From an uncultured Nitrososphaerota archaeon (GTDB taxonomy: Archaea; Thermoproteota; Nitrososphaeria; Nitrososphaerales; CADDZS01): a DNA stretch of 64,000 nucleotides. Below the pieces are notes generated by a model. That model saw only the letters and a list, made by a program, of their open reading frames with translations, was not told the origin of the DNA and ran no database searches. The stretch spans positions 704,001 to 768,000 of the forward strand of contig CAWCYI010000004.1 of NCBI GenBank assembly GCA_963799845.1, in the 5' to 3' direction. This document shows positions 50,896-59,748 of the stretch, piece after piece. The translations under genes and the position numbers were made by a program. The stretch's first letter is position 1, and every line of letters starts with the position of its first letter.

Positions 50896-50966
50896 GTCAT
50901 CAGCTTCAAAATTGGTAGTCTCGAAACGAGCTGTCGAAGCTGTGGATGATTGTGAAAACGTCGATA

Positions 50967-51839
50967 CTACTCCAGTTTGATTACCGGATTAGTCAGTAGT
51001 CCAATCTTTTCAATTTCAATCTCCACCAGATCACCGTATTGCAGCGTAAAATCGTCAGGTGGTACGATGGAGGTCCCCGTCATCAAGAACGTGAATCTAC
51101 TCAGAACGTTGTCTCGCTTCAGATAAGTCAAAAGCTCCGAAATTGATCTTTTCATTTGCGATGTGTTAACGGAACCTTCAAAGACAAGAGCATTATTTCT
51201 TCTGATTCTCATGTTGATCTCGAGCGATTGCGGACTGGGTATCTCGTCCGGCGTAACGATTACGGGCCCTACTGCGGAAGACGCTCGGTAGACCTTTGCC
51301 TGCGGAAGATAGAGCGGATTCTGTCCCTCGATATCTCGCGAGGACAGGTCATTTCCAATCGTGTATCCAACGACCCTTGCCTCCTCGTCGCACAACACCG
51401 TTAGTTCCGGTTCAGGTACAGACCAATTACTGTCGCCCCTCACAGCCACTTCTTCATTGGGTCCCCTGCACCGAATTCCAGTATCCTTTAGGAACAGCTC
51501 CGGCCTCGCAGCTTCGTAAACATAATCGTAGAGACCCTTCGTTTTTGTTTCGCTTTCCCTTGCTTCTCTGCTTCGCAAATACGTTACACCCGCAGCCCAA
51601 ATTTCAGCCCCCTTCACAGGAATCTTGAGAGAATCGTAGTTAAAGGGAAACTTTCTCGCTTTCTGCATTCCATCCGATGCCACGGTAAGCAGCGAGGGAT
51701 AGTCGCCCTGTACCTTGTCGTAGAGGCTGTTAAGATCTCTGAATACCTGATTGTCAACACCCGTCAGATCATAAAGCCATCCATCATCTAGCACGCCAAA
51801 ACAGATGCCGTTGGAGGATTGGAATCTGCAGAACTTCAT
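50967..51839 (-). CDS. Fumarylacetoacetate hydrolase-family protein (2-keto-3-deoxy-pentonate dehydratase-like)
   Basis: WAAGVTYLRSR, RPELFLK, VPEPEL, NDLSSRDIEGQNPLYLPQAK, MTGT. Confidence 0.85.
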   Translation of the reverse strand: MKFCRFQSSNGICFGVLDDGWLYDLTGVDNQVFRDLNSLYDKVQGDYPSLLTVASDGMQKARKFPFNYDSLKIPVKGAEIWAAGVTYLRSREARESETKTKGLYDYVYEAARPELFLKDTGIRCRGPNEEVAVRGDSNWSVPEPELTVLCDEEARVVGYTIGNDLSSRDIEGQNPLYLPQAKVYRASSAVGPVIVTPDEIPSPQSLEINMRIRRNNALVFEGSVNTSQMKRSISELLTYLKRDNVLSRFTFLMTGTSIVPPDDFTLQYGDLVEIEIEKIGLLTNPVIKLE

Positions 51840-51911
51840 TCGTGTGAAATTAATCCGACAGAATTAAAAGAGTTCTTAACTCGGCATGCTCGTGAGGAAG
51901 TCCATTATCGC

Positions 51912-52940
51912 CTAATATGAGACCATTTTGATTACATCAAGGATTTCCTGATCGATCGTTCTTGTTTTTGATGTTGATTCTTCCAAACTTACCGCAGTGA
52001 TCTTAGTTCCCCTCAATGATACCATCATACCGAATTTGCCATCTTTGATCAATTGCACAGCCGCGAGACCAAATCGAGTTGATAGTACTCTATCAAAAGC
52101 CGTAGGTGACCCTCCTCTGATTGTGTGACCTAAAACCGTGACTCTTGTATCGTACTTCGTTCTCTTCTCTAGCTCGTCACCAAGATACTGACCGATGCCA
52201 CCTAATCTCATATGGCCGAACTCGTCAACTTTACCCTGATCGACTCCCATCTGATTCTTAAGAGTCGCGCCCTCTGATATGACAATTACAGTCGCCTTTT
52301 CGCCTTTTTCATGCCGAGCCTTGACAAATGATACCACTTCTCCAATATCGAACGGCTCTTCCGGGACAATTATCAGATTAGCACCAGAAGCTATGCCGGC
52401 ATATGCTGTAACCCAGCCAGCTTCACGACCCATGACCTCGACAACGAAGACACGATCGTGGGACTCTGCTGTGGTTCTCAAATTGTCAATCATGTGCGTT
52501 GCTTCGTTGACAGCAGAATCGAACCCGAAAGTGTAATCGGTGTTCGAGAGATCGTTGTCCATCGTCTTAGGAACTCCAACGATTTTCAATCCTTTCTTGT
52601 AAAGCTGAGCTGCAACTCCAAGTGTATCGTCGCCCCCGACACCAATCACTGCATCGAGGCCGAGTTTCTTCACATTCTCAATTATGATCTCGAGACCGTT
52701 AGGACGCTTTGTCGGATTCGTCCTAGAAGATTTCAGAATAGTGCCTCCCTGATTTATGATTCCTTCCAGTTCATGGAATGATAACTTTACAGAATCGGCT
52801 TTAAGGAGTCCCTCCCATCCGTATCTAATCCCCAAGACTTCCCAGCCAAATTCTTCTGCATGTTTGACGACAGCTCTTGTTACTGCGTTAAGTCCGGCGC
52901 AATCACCACCGCCATTGAGTATTCCAATTTTCAAAGCCAC
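51912..52940 (-). CDS. pfp: PfkA-family phosphofructokinase, PPi-dependent signature
   Basis: GGGDCAGLNA, GGDDT, PKTMDND, EVMGR, LGHTIRGG. Confidence 0.85.
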   Translation of the reverse strand: MALKIGILNGGGDCAGLNAVTRAVVKHAEEFGWEVLGIRYGWEGLLKADSVKLSFHELEGIINQGGTILKSSRTNPTKRPNGLEIIIENVKKLGLDAVIGVGGDDTLGVAAQLYKKGLKIVGVPKTMDNDLSNTDYTFGFDSAVNEATHMIDNLRTTAESHDRVFVVEVMGREAGWVTAYAGIASGANLIIVPEEPFDIGEVVSFVKARHEKGEKATVIVISEGATLKNQMGVDQGKVDEFGHMRLGGIGQYLGDELEKRTKYDTRVTVLGHTIRGGSPTAFDRVLSTRFGLAAVQLIKDGKFGMMVSLRGTKITAVSLEESTSKTRTIDQEILDVIKMVSY

Positions 52941-53106
52941 AGATCACTAAAGGATTGTTTCTTTGAATTCGTTTCTCCAAAAGCCTTTCTGCTGTTATGA
53001 AATGTTCCCTCATATCGAATGATAATGGCAATGTATGCCGGATCTAGAAATCGATAATTCGTGGACAGATAATCAAATAACTTATTTGGCTCGAATACGA
53101 TCAAAA

Positions 53107-54300
53107 ATGTCAGAAACAGTAGCTGTCATCGGAGCAGGGTCAACCGGATCTAGCACGGCTTACCATCTCGCCAAATCCGGATTCCGCGTTGTTCTCCTAG
53201 ACCGGGGCGAGATCGGATACGGGATGACAAGCCGTTCCACCGCCGTTGTTAGAACTCATTACAGCAATGACATTGTCGCAAGGATGGCGCTATATTCTTT
53301 GAAGACATTGAGAGATTTTTCCTCAATTGGAGTCTCCGGTTTTATCAACAGTGGAATGCTAGTACTAGTTCCTGATGCCTTCAGGAAACCAGTTGAACAG
53401 AACGTTCGAATGCTAAGGGACGCAGGCATAAACGAGATTGAGCTCACAAAATCCGAGGCAACAACAATGTTTCCCGATCTTGATCTTGAGGAGTGCGACT
53501 ATTTTGCCTTTGAGCCGGAAAGTGGTTATGCCGACCCCGTGGCTACTGCAGGGGCGTACGCGTCAAAAGCTCGCGAACTTGGTGCTGAGATTTTGCTTAG
53601 GAACGAGGTCGAAAAATTAGAATTCGAAGGGGAAAAGGTCTCCAAACTTCTGTTGCAAGACGGAACCAGGATAAAATGTGCGAAGGTTATTCTCTGCACA
53701 AACGTGTGGACAAATCATCTTCTAGAACGAAGCGGAGTCCGCGAAGAGCAGCTACTTCCAATAAGAGCAGTTCCCCATCCCGTCGTGGTCTACCGCAGGC
53801 CGAGTGGATATCAAGGGAAGAGGATCATCGTCAGCGATTATTTCAACAAAGCATATTACAAACCCGAGGGCCAATCTCTTCTTTTCGGAGGGAGCATAGA
53901 CGCTTCGATCGACAATCAATCAGTCGATCCCGACAATCCTCCGGCCGATGTTCCGTTTGAGTATGTGTCGAAATATTCTGAAACGATATCCAAAAGAATA
54001 CCAGCGATGAAGGATGCGGAGTTCCATTCGAGTTACATCGGGATGTACGACACCTCTCCGGACGAACACCCGATCATTGATGACCTTTCGAGTATAGGCC
54101 TAGGCGAAGTCTATTCTTGCGTCGGACTAAGCGGCCACGGATTCAAGTTGTGCCCCGCGTTTGGAGTCATGAACACTGAAATGTTGATCGGAAAGGATCC
54201 TTCAGATCTGACATTCGATCGTTCGCTCTTCGCACTTGATCGCTTTAGAACAGGAAAACTTCTCAGAACGAGGTACGAGGGCCTAGGAAGCGTCGCCTGA
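53107..54300 (+). CDS. FAD-dependent oxidoreductase (DadA/sarcosine oxidase beta-like)
   Basis: VIGAGSTG, TSRSTA, YDTSPDEHP, SGHGFK. Confidence 0.88.
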   Translation: MSETVAVIGAGSTGSSTAYHLAKSGFRVVLLDRGEIGYGMTSRSTAVVRTHYSNDIVARMALYSLKTLRDFSSIGVSGFINSGMLVLVPDAFRKPVEQNVRMLRDAGINEIELTKSEATTMFPDLDLEECDYFAFEPESGYADPVATAGAYASKARELGAEILLRNEVEKLEFEGEKVSKLLLQDGTRIKCAKVILCTNVWTNHLLERSGVREEQLLPIRAVPHPVVVYRRPSGYQGKRIIVSDYFNKAYYKPEGQSLLFGGSIDASIDNQSVDPDNPPADVPFEYVSKYSETISKRIPAMKDAEFHSSYIGMYDTSPDEHPIIDDLSSIGLGEVYSCVGLSGHGFKLCPAFGVMNTEMLIGKDPSDLTFDRSLFALDRFRTGKLLRTRYEGLGSVA

Positions 54301-54336
54301 AAAGAACTGGTCAGCTTCGTAGCAAGTGGGTAACTA

Positions 54337-54657
54337 TCATACGACTATTGGACCTTTCTGCGGCGCTTCAGATTGTCGGGACTTGACGTAGGCCGAAAGG
54401 ACCGCAATTATTTCTTCTTTCGTCGCCTTTAGTGTGATCACGTCGCCGATTCCCTGAACATAAGAAATCTCAATGGGGACACGATCGTGCTGAAGGGGAA
54501 GTTTCTCGCCAATTTCGTTTTCAATTTTGTCGTTGAGTTCAACTTCTATGTGGGTGATCCTCCAGGAGTTAATGTCGCAAATTATCTCCTTTGACTTTCC
54601 TATCTTCCAGCCATTGAGTCCCACAACTTCCTTGTCCAAGAAATCTCTGCTGTGCAT
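54337..54657 (-). CDS. PRC-barrel domain protein
   Basis: FLDKEVVGLNGWKIGK..EI.CD...W.I and IGDVITLK PRC pattern. Confidence 0.75.
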   Translation of the reverse strand: MHSRDFLDKEVVGLNGWKIGKSKEIICDINSWRITHIEVELNDKIENEIGEKLPLQHDRVPIEISYVQGIGDVITLKATKEEIIAVLSAYVKSRQSEAPQKGPIVV

Positions 54658-54751
54658 GGATTCGTCTGATTAGATTTACGGGACTGTTTAAGGAGATTTT
54701 AAAGCTGTTTCAAGCCAAGGCAGCTGGAGACAGGATGTAAGATCTCCGCAG

Positions 54752-55369
54752 CTACTTCGTCACAAGATCTTTCAATCGCTCGTGGTTCCATATTTTGCCA
54801 TTGTAATGCGGATTTGAAGGACATTTTGGACAGTACGGATTCATTCCGCAAGGTGGATTCTCTTTATTCGTGTAATCGAGGTCAAGTTGTGTGATGTACG
54901 GTCTCTCCCAGGATCTGATTAATGTGAATTTGACTTCAGACACACCTTCGATTTTTTTGAGATGTTCATCCACAAGGTAATGAAACATATCATTGTCTTC
55001 GGCTGCAAAATACAGCGAGAGTGAATTGTCCCCGATGCCTGTGGAAGCGTTAATGAAAAGCGGGCACTTTTTGGCCCAGGAAATGACAAGATTTCCGGCA
55101 CTTCCTCTAACGTCGACTCTACACATCTCAATTCCTAATACGGCATAGTTTACGCCTGATGAGTCCACAAGCAAATTTCTGCGATGAAGGTTGTACAACC
55201 TCGCTGCAATCGAAGACTGGGACATTCCGAGCCGTTTTGCGAGGTCTGCTTGTGTGAGTTTTGAATCTATTTCCAACAGTGCGATGATCTTTCTATCGGT
55301 GTCGTGGCTGTTAACCCCTAATTCCCTTTCTGAGTTCACGTCGTCGGCCAGCGAACGAGCGAACGTCAT
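54752..55369 (-). CDS. Lrp/AsnC regulator with Cys-rich C-terminal tail
   Basis: DRKIIALLE..LTQADLAKRLGMSQSSI..R HTH; tail PPCGMNPYCPKCPSNP. Confidence 0.82.
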   Translation of the reverse strand: MTFARSLADDVNSERELGVNSHDTDRKIIALLEIDSKLTQADLAKRLGMSQSSIAARLYNLHRRNLLVDSSGVNYAVLGIEMCRVDVRGSAGNLVISWAKKCPLFINASTGIGDNSLSLYFAAEDNDMFHYLVDEHLKKIEGVSEVKFTLIRSWERPYITQLDLDYTNKENPPCGMNPYCPKCPSNPHYNGKIWNHERLKDLVTK

Positions 55370-55446
55370 CCGCCTTATTTACGCTATTAGGCAGTAAGAA
55401 TTTAACAATCGGCAATAGTCGAAATCTTGAAAATTAGATTTGCTTC

Positions 55447-55737
55447 CTAAGAGTTTGGCCACGATAATCTTCCGAAATAGCCTTTCATATTATCAAAAGC
55501 CTTCAAATTCACGCTGTCCGCATAAACGCACTTCGAATCTGGATTATTTCTGTCATTTGTCCAAACCGATACAAAGAAAATCTGTTTGTCCAGAGGTTCC
55601 AGATCCTGCGAGTAAACATGCATTTTTTGGGCAGCGAAGCAACGAGATCTTGCGACGTTAGGAATCTCATTTTCGCCAATGATTTTCGCTAACGCGAGAA
55701 TAGCTCTTCTTTCTCTGAGTGAAGCTTGATAATACAT
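55447..55737 (-). CDS. Hypothetical protein
   Basis: 96-aa ATG ORF in an otherwise empty gap; no motif. Confidence 0.35.
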   Translation of the reverse strand: MYYQASLRERRAILALAKIIGENEIPNVARSRCFAAQKMHVYSQDLEPLDKQIFFVSVWTNDRNNPDSKCVYADSVNLKAFDNMKGYFGRLSWPNS

Positions 55738-55933
55738 TCTGACCTATTAACTCCGAACCAACTTGCTGCGCAGGCTTACGCAGTGATCCATCCTCGTATA
55801 TGCCTCTTTCTGAATGCTAGTCCGATTACTTAGGGCGGTTCATGTAGATAACCTAACTAATTATAGCTTCTAATGATCGGAACACGATGGATTATCGAAA
55901 AAATGACAAGAACCAACTCGAATATTTCCTGGT

Positions 55934-56185
55934 ATGTTTGAGATGACGATAGTTCATTCTCAGGAGTTATTCCCTCTCGAAAATACAATAAAAAGCCTAA
56001 TTAGCGATGGAAGGCTCTCTCTTCGAACCAGATTAATGTCATTTGAAGCGGATCACTCCTTCCTTGCAATATTCGTTGAGTGCGAATACTGTGGTGAAAT
56101 CTTCCGAGGTCCGAATGCTAAGATTATCATCGCGAGTTGCAACAGCCATATCATTGAAGCTCATAAAGCCGAGTCGACGGGGTAG
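55934..56185 (+). CDS. Small protein with C2H2-like zinc finger
   Basis: CEYCGEIF...HIIEAH; start may be downstream (MSFEADH). Confidence 0.5.
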   Translation: MFEMTIVHSQELFPLENTIKSLISDGRLSLRTRLMSFEADHSFLAIFVECEYCGEIFRGPNAKIIIASCNSHIIEAHKAESTG

Positions 56186-56357
56186 TTTTTTGCCTAGAGA
56201 AGTTACCTCTTATTTATCGTAGCAATTTCGGAATTTGTAGTCGTCATAAGGACGCCTGTGTTCGAATTCATTGAACATGTTCCAAGCACTCTGCATTGGT
56301 ATAAAGACAACAACCCAATGGTGTATTAGGCAGGAAGTCTCTTCATTTAGTGTCCTG

Positions 56358-56492
56358 TTGGTAACTTACAATTTCTGCGAACGATGCGGCCATGATGACG
56401 AGATTGCTTACTGCTCTACCCACAGGCAATTTCTCTGTCTGACTTGCGATTGGCGACTTCATGAAACCGAGATAAAGCAGATATCGTATTAG
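56358..56492 (+). CDS. B-box-type zinc-finger microprotein
   Basis: CERC-x8-C-x2-H-x4-C-x2-CD-x3-H spacing; TTG start assumed. Confidence 0.6.
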   Translation: MVTYNFCERCGHDDEIAYCSTHRQFLCLTCDWRLHETEIKQISY

Positions 56493-56638
56493 ATCTTGAC
56501 TTGTTGCTAGTTTTCGCTCTGCACGTCCCTGTTATTGCCTCGGGAATGATACCGCGGACGGTTAACGCACTTGCCTAAATGAGTCGATCTAGTAGTAGCC
56601 CGACTGGGTAAATCGAATCTACTGCCTTGTTGTAGAAA

Positions 56639-56956
56639 TTAGGTAGGCTTTTTCACCCAGATTCCCGTGCCTTCTACCTTTACTTCGAAGGTAGGTTCGG
56701 GTTTTTGTGTAGGACCGCCAACGACGGCGCCCGTCCTGACATCGAATTTCGATCCGTGCCAAGGACACTGAATGATGTTACCGGTAAGCTTCCCTTTTCC
56801 TAACGGCCCGCCAAGATGGGTGCATTTGTTGGACAGAGCGTAAAACGATCCTTCGACATTTGCCACAAATAATTCGACTCCTCCTATTTTCACGATTTTG
56901 GTTGTCCCCTGAGGTACCTCTGAGACTTCAGCGACTTTCTCGAATTCGTCCATCAT
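56639..56956 (-). CDS. Rieske [2Fe-2S] ferredoxin
   Basis: CTH...CPWHGSKFD. Confidence 0.93.
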   Translation of the reverse strand: MMDEFEKVAEVSEVPQGTTKIVKIGGVELFVANVEGSFYALSNKCTHLGGPLGKGKLTGNIIQCPWHGSKFDVRTGAVVGGPTQKPEPTFEVKVEGTGIWVKKPT

Positions 56957-57268
56957 TGTTTCAAAACACAGCGGTAGTGATTATTTTACTGTTCCCAAAA
57001 ACACGACACTAGTCGCAAGAAAGATGGTAATAGAATCTTCTTGAAATTGATACTCGATGGTTTCTTCTTATGAAGGACCAACAATAGCTTTCAATTCGGA
57101 CTCGAGGGGTGTTCATTTGGCCTGATAAAAGCTGTTTATTGGCCAGTACATTATAATTCGAATCTCGAGCATATTTTATGAATACGCTTCAATAATTAGA
57201 TAACAATTGAACATCTTGCTCTTATATCCGAAGCTTAGATAAAGTCCTAGAAATAAAGTTCGATCACC

Positions 57269-57553
57269 ATGCTAATTTTAGACGCTTTTCTATTCAGCAT
57301 AATTCATGCGTTGCCAAGTACTTCCCTCTTTTTGGGAGAAAGAATCCTGACCGGAATCGCGGATGTCTTTGGAGGTCTGATCTTGCTCGTCATAGGCGTA
57401 CTGATCATAGTATTACTTGTGGCCGCCGCCATAGTCCTACTGCCGGCGATCATTGTCGCGGTTCTCGTGTGGTTCTTGACAGGCAGTTTCTTTTACGCGG
57501 GAATTGCCTTCCTAGTTGTCGCTCTGATAAGCCTAGTCGCAATGGCTGATTAG
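57269..57553 (+). CDS. Small hydrophobic membrane protein
   Basis: Near-continuous hydrophobic helices. Confidence 0.65.
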   Translation: MLILDAFLFSIIHALPSTSLFLGERILTGIADVFGGLILLVIGVLIIVLLVAAAIVLLPAIIVAVLVWFLTGSFFYAGIAFLVVALISLVAMAD

Positions 57554-57699
57554 AAATAGCTTATTTGGAGCATCGAACATTTCTAGTGCCGCAGGCTTCT
57601 TAAGCAAGTGCAGGCATATCCCGTACGTACCCGGTTGTCGTCACGCATGCCGATGGAGAACCTCCGGCAACGGGTTAAGAGGATTTCTTATTAAAACAA

Positions 57700-58947
57700 C
57701 TAGGATTTCAAATATTTACCAAACTCGTCAACATTCAAAGACAGATTCGTTGGCTGAGCATAGTTATCGATGGTTGCGTCCGGCTGATTTAGACCGAAAC
57801 CCGTGACGATGATCGCAACCGATTCACTGCTATCAATTATCCTGTCAGCAAGCAACTTCTTCAAAGCTGCTAGAGGTACAGCCGAAGACGGTTCTGCATA
57901 GATTGCTTCAACCTCGGATAGGAGTTTCGTAGCTTCGACGATACTTTCATCTGGTACGGCTACGCCGAGCCCATTTGTTTCTTTGAGCGCGGTGATTGCG
58001 AGATCACCATCTGGCGCCCAGTCGTCCAGAATGCTGTGAGCTATGGTTTTCGGATTTGCTATTTTCGGAATGTTTCTAGGGTCGAGATTCTTATTGAACG
58101 CTTCTACAACAGGAGCACAACCTGAAGCTTGAACTCCGACGAGTCGTGGATATTCTTCGATCAACCCCAGCTCAATTAATTCGTGAAGGCCTTTGAAATA
58201 CGCTGCAATGTTGCCCCCTCCTCCAACTGGAAGTATTATCCAGTCGGGAAGCTTGCGACCGCCCTGCTCGAATATTTCAAACACCGCAGTTTTTGCTCCT
58301 TCCTTGACATACGGATTGTATCTTGACGCAGCAGAACAGTTTTGCAACTGGAAGGCGTCGCAGACTTTCTTGGTAAATTCTAAGACATCGCCAGTACTCG
58401 CATTCGTCAGGAATACGTTCGCCCGGTACGCCAAAAGCTTGGCTAACTTAGCGTTGGAGATGCCCTGGAAGGCAAAGATGTACGATTCGATCCCCGCTTT
58501 CGCAGCATAAGCTGCGACCGAAGAACCGGCATTGCCGGCAGTGGCGGCGACAACTCGATTGTATCCATCTTCGACGGCCCTGGATATTGCAACGGCAGAT
58601 TTTCTATCTTTGAAACTGCAAGTCGGGTTCCTCGATTCGTCCTTGACAAAGAGGCTATCCATCTTCAACATCGAGCCAATCTTTTCCAGTTTGTGATATG
58701 GCGTCGACCCTTCACCCAGCGAAACATAATTAGCAGGAGATTTAACGGGAAGCAATGGGGAAAATTTCCAGATTCCTTCGGCGCCTTTAATTAGCGGCAG
58801 GGCGTGGTATTTTTCACGGATTTTCTTGTAATCATAAATTACCTCAAGAGAACCCCCGCAAGTCGTGCAGGATCTTTCAGCCAGATCTCCTGTGGCAGGA
58901 CGATCGCACCAAACACACTGCAATGAATAATCCAATTGAATGCTCAT
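57700..58947 (-). CDS. thrC: Threonine synthase-like PLP enzyme
   Basis: N-terminal CxxC...CxxC, LGEGSTP, NPTCSFKDR, TAGNAG, PVGGGG, EPSSA, TGFGL. Confidence 0.78.
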   Translation of the reverse strand: MSIQLDYSLQCVWCDRPATGDLAERSCTTCGGSLEVIYDYKKIREKYHALPLIKGAEGIWKFSPLLPVKSPANYVSLGEGSTPYHKLEKIGSMLKMDSLFVKDESRNPTCSFKDRKSAVAISRAVEDGYNRVVAATAGNAGSSVAAYAAKAGIESYIFAFQGISNAKLAKLLAYRANVFLTNASTGDVLEFTKKVCDAFQLQNCSAASRYNPYVKEGAKTAVFEIFEQGGRKLPDWIILPVGGGGNIAAYFKGLHELIELGLIEEYPRLVGVQASGCAPVVEAFNKNLDPRNIPKIANPKTIAHSILDDWAPDGDLAITALKETNGLGVAVPDESIVEATKLLSEVEAIYAEPSSAVPLAALKKLLADRIIDSSESVAIIVTGFGLNQPDATIDNYAQPTNLSLNVDEFGKYLKS

Positions 58948-59096
58948 TGAGTTAGACTACAAATTAATGCCAACTGCCGATAAGATAAACTAAACGGCGT
59001 CCTTTCTATCCCGAATACCTTGGTTAATTGCCTTCCTGTTTGTGTAAGAAACTCACGTTATGGTGTCAAAATGTCAAAGCGTACACTGAGGTTCCG

Positions 59097-59560
59097 GTTC
59101 TTTTAATACGAGTTCCCATTGTTTCATAAAGAAAAAAATTCTGCCGTTTCGCAACCGCGCGTACATTTTGACGGGAGAGCTACATTCAAGCTCTGTTAGC
59201 TCAGAAGAGCTCGTTTCGAGAGCTCGTAACGAATTGAACGGAGGCACAAGTAAGTTGATTGAGAGATTACTCGACAATTGTCGAGTTGATCGTTTCATAT
59301 TGGATTTTCGAGGATGTTCTGGAAATTTTAACCGATATACCAGATCATTGCTCGAGAACTTTAGCCTGCAGATCTGAATTTTCTCTACGTTCTGCACAAG
59401 CGCATACTTTTTTGGCCGAAGAGCTTGTTTCAAGCCATTATAGAGAGGGGGCCCCCTAGAGGAGTTCTGCAACCGTGCACGTGTGCGCAGAAGATTGCTT
59501 TCTACCAGATCGTTTCAAGTTGTTCAATTGAAACAGCGTGATTTAGCTATTTAGCTCAGT
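59097..59560. repeat. Dispersed intergenic element, copy 2, with further degenerate subunits
   Basis: 59097-59140 matches 6787-6830 at 38/44; AGCT array 59178-59224; motif variants at 59422 and 59507. Confidence 0.72.
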
Positions 59561-59748
59561 CAGGGCTCAAAACGGCGCGAGTTTTCATAGTCAAGAAAAA
59601 AATGTTTCAAAATGGTAGGTCTCGCTTTGAAATGGATTCGTTGTTTCAACGATAGATACTTGTCGAGATTCCCGACTCGAGCTTCCCTTGCTCACACTTT
59701 GAATAAGTTTAAGCCACTGCCAAAAACAACTAAGGGAACGGATCCAAA

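Noticed and set aside
59512-59534. CRISPR-repeat-like GTTTCAA...ATTGAAAC
   Set aside because: Single 23-bp instance, not repeated at regular spacing.
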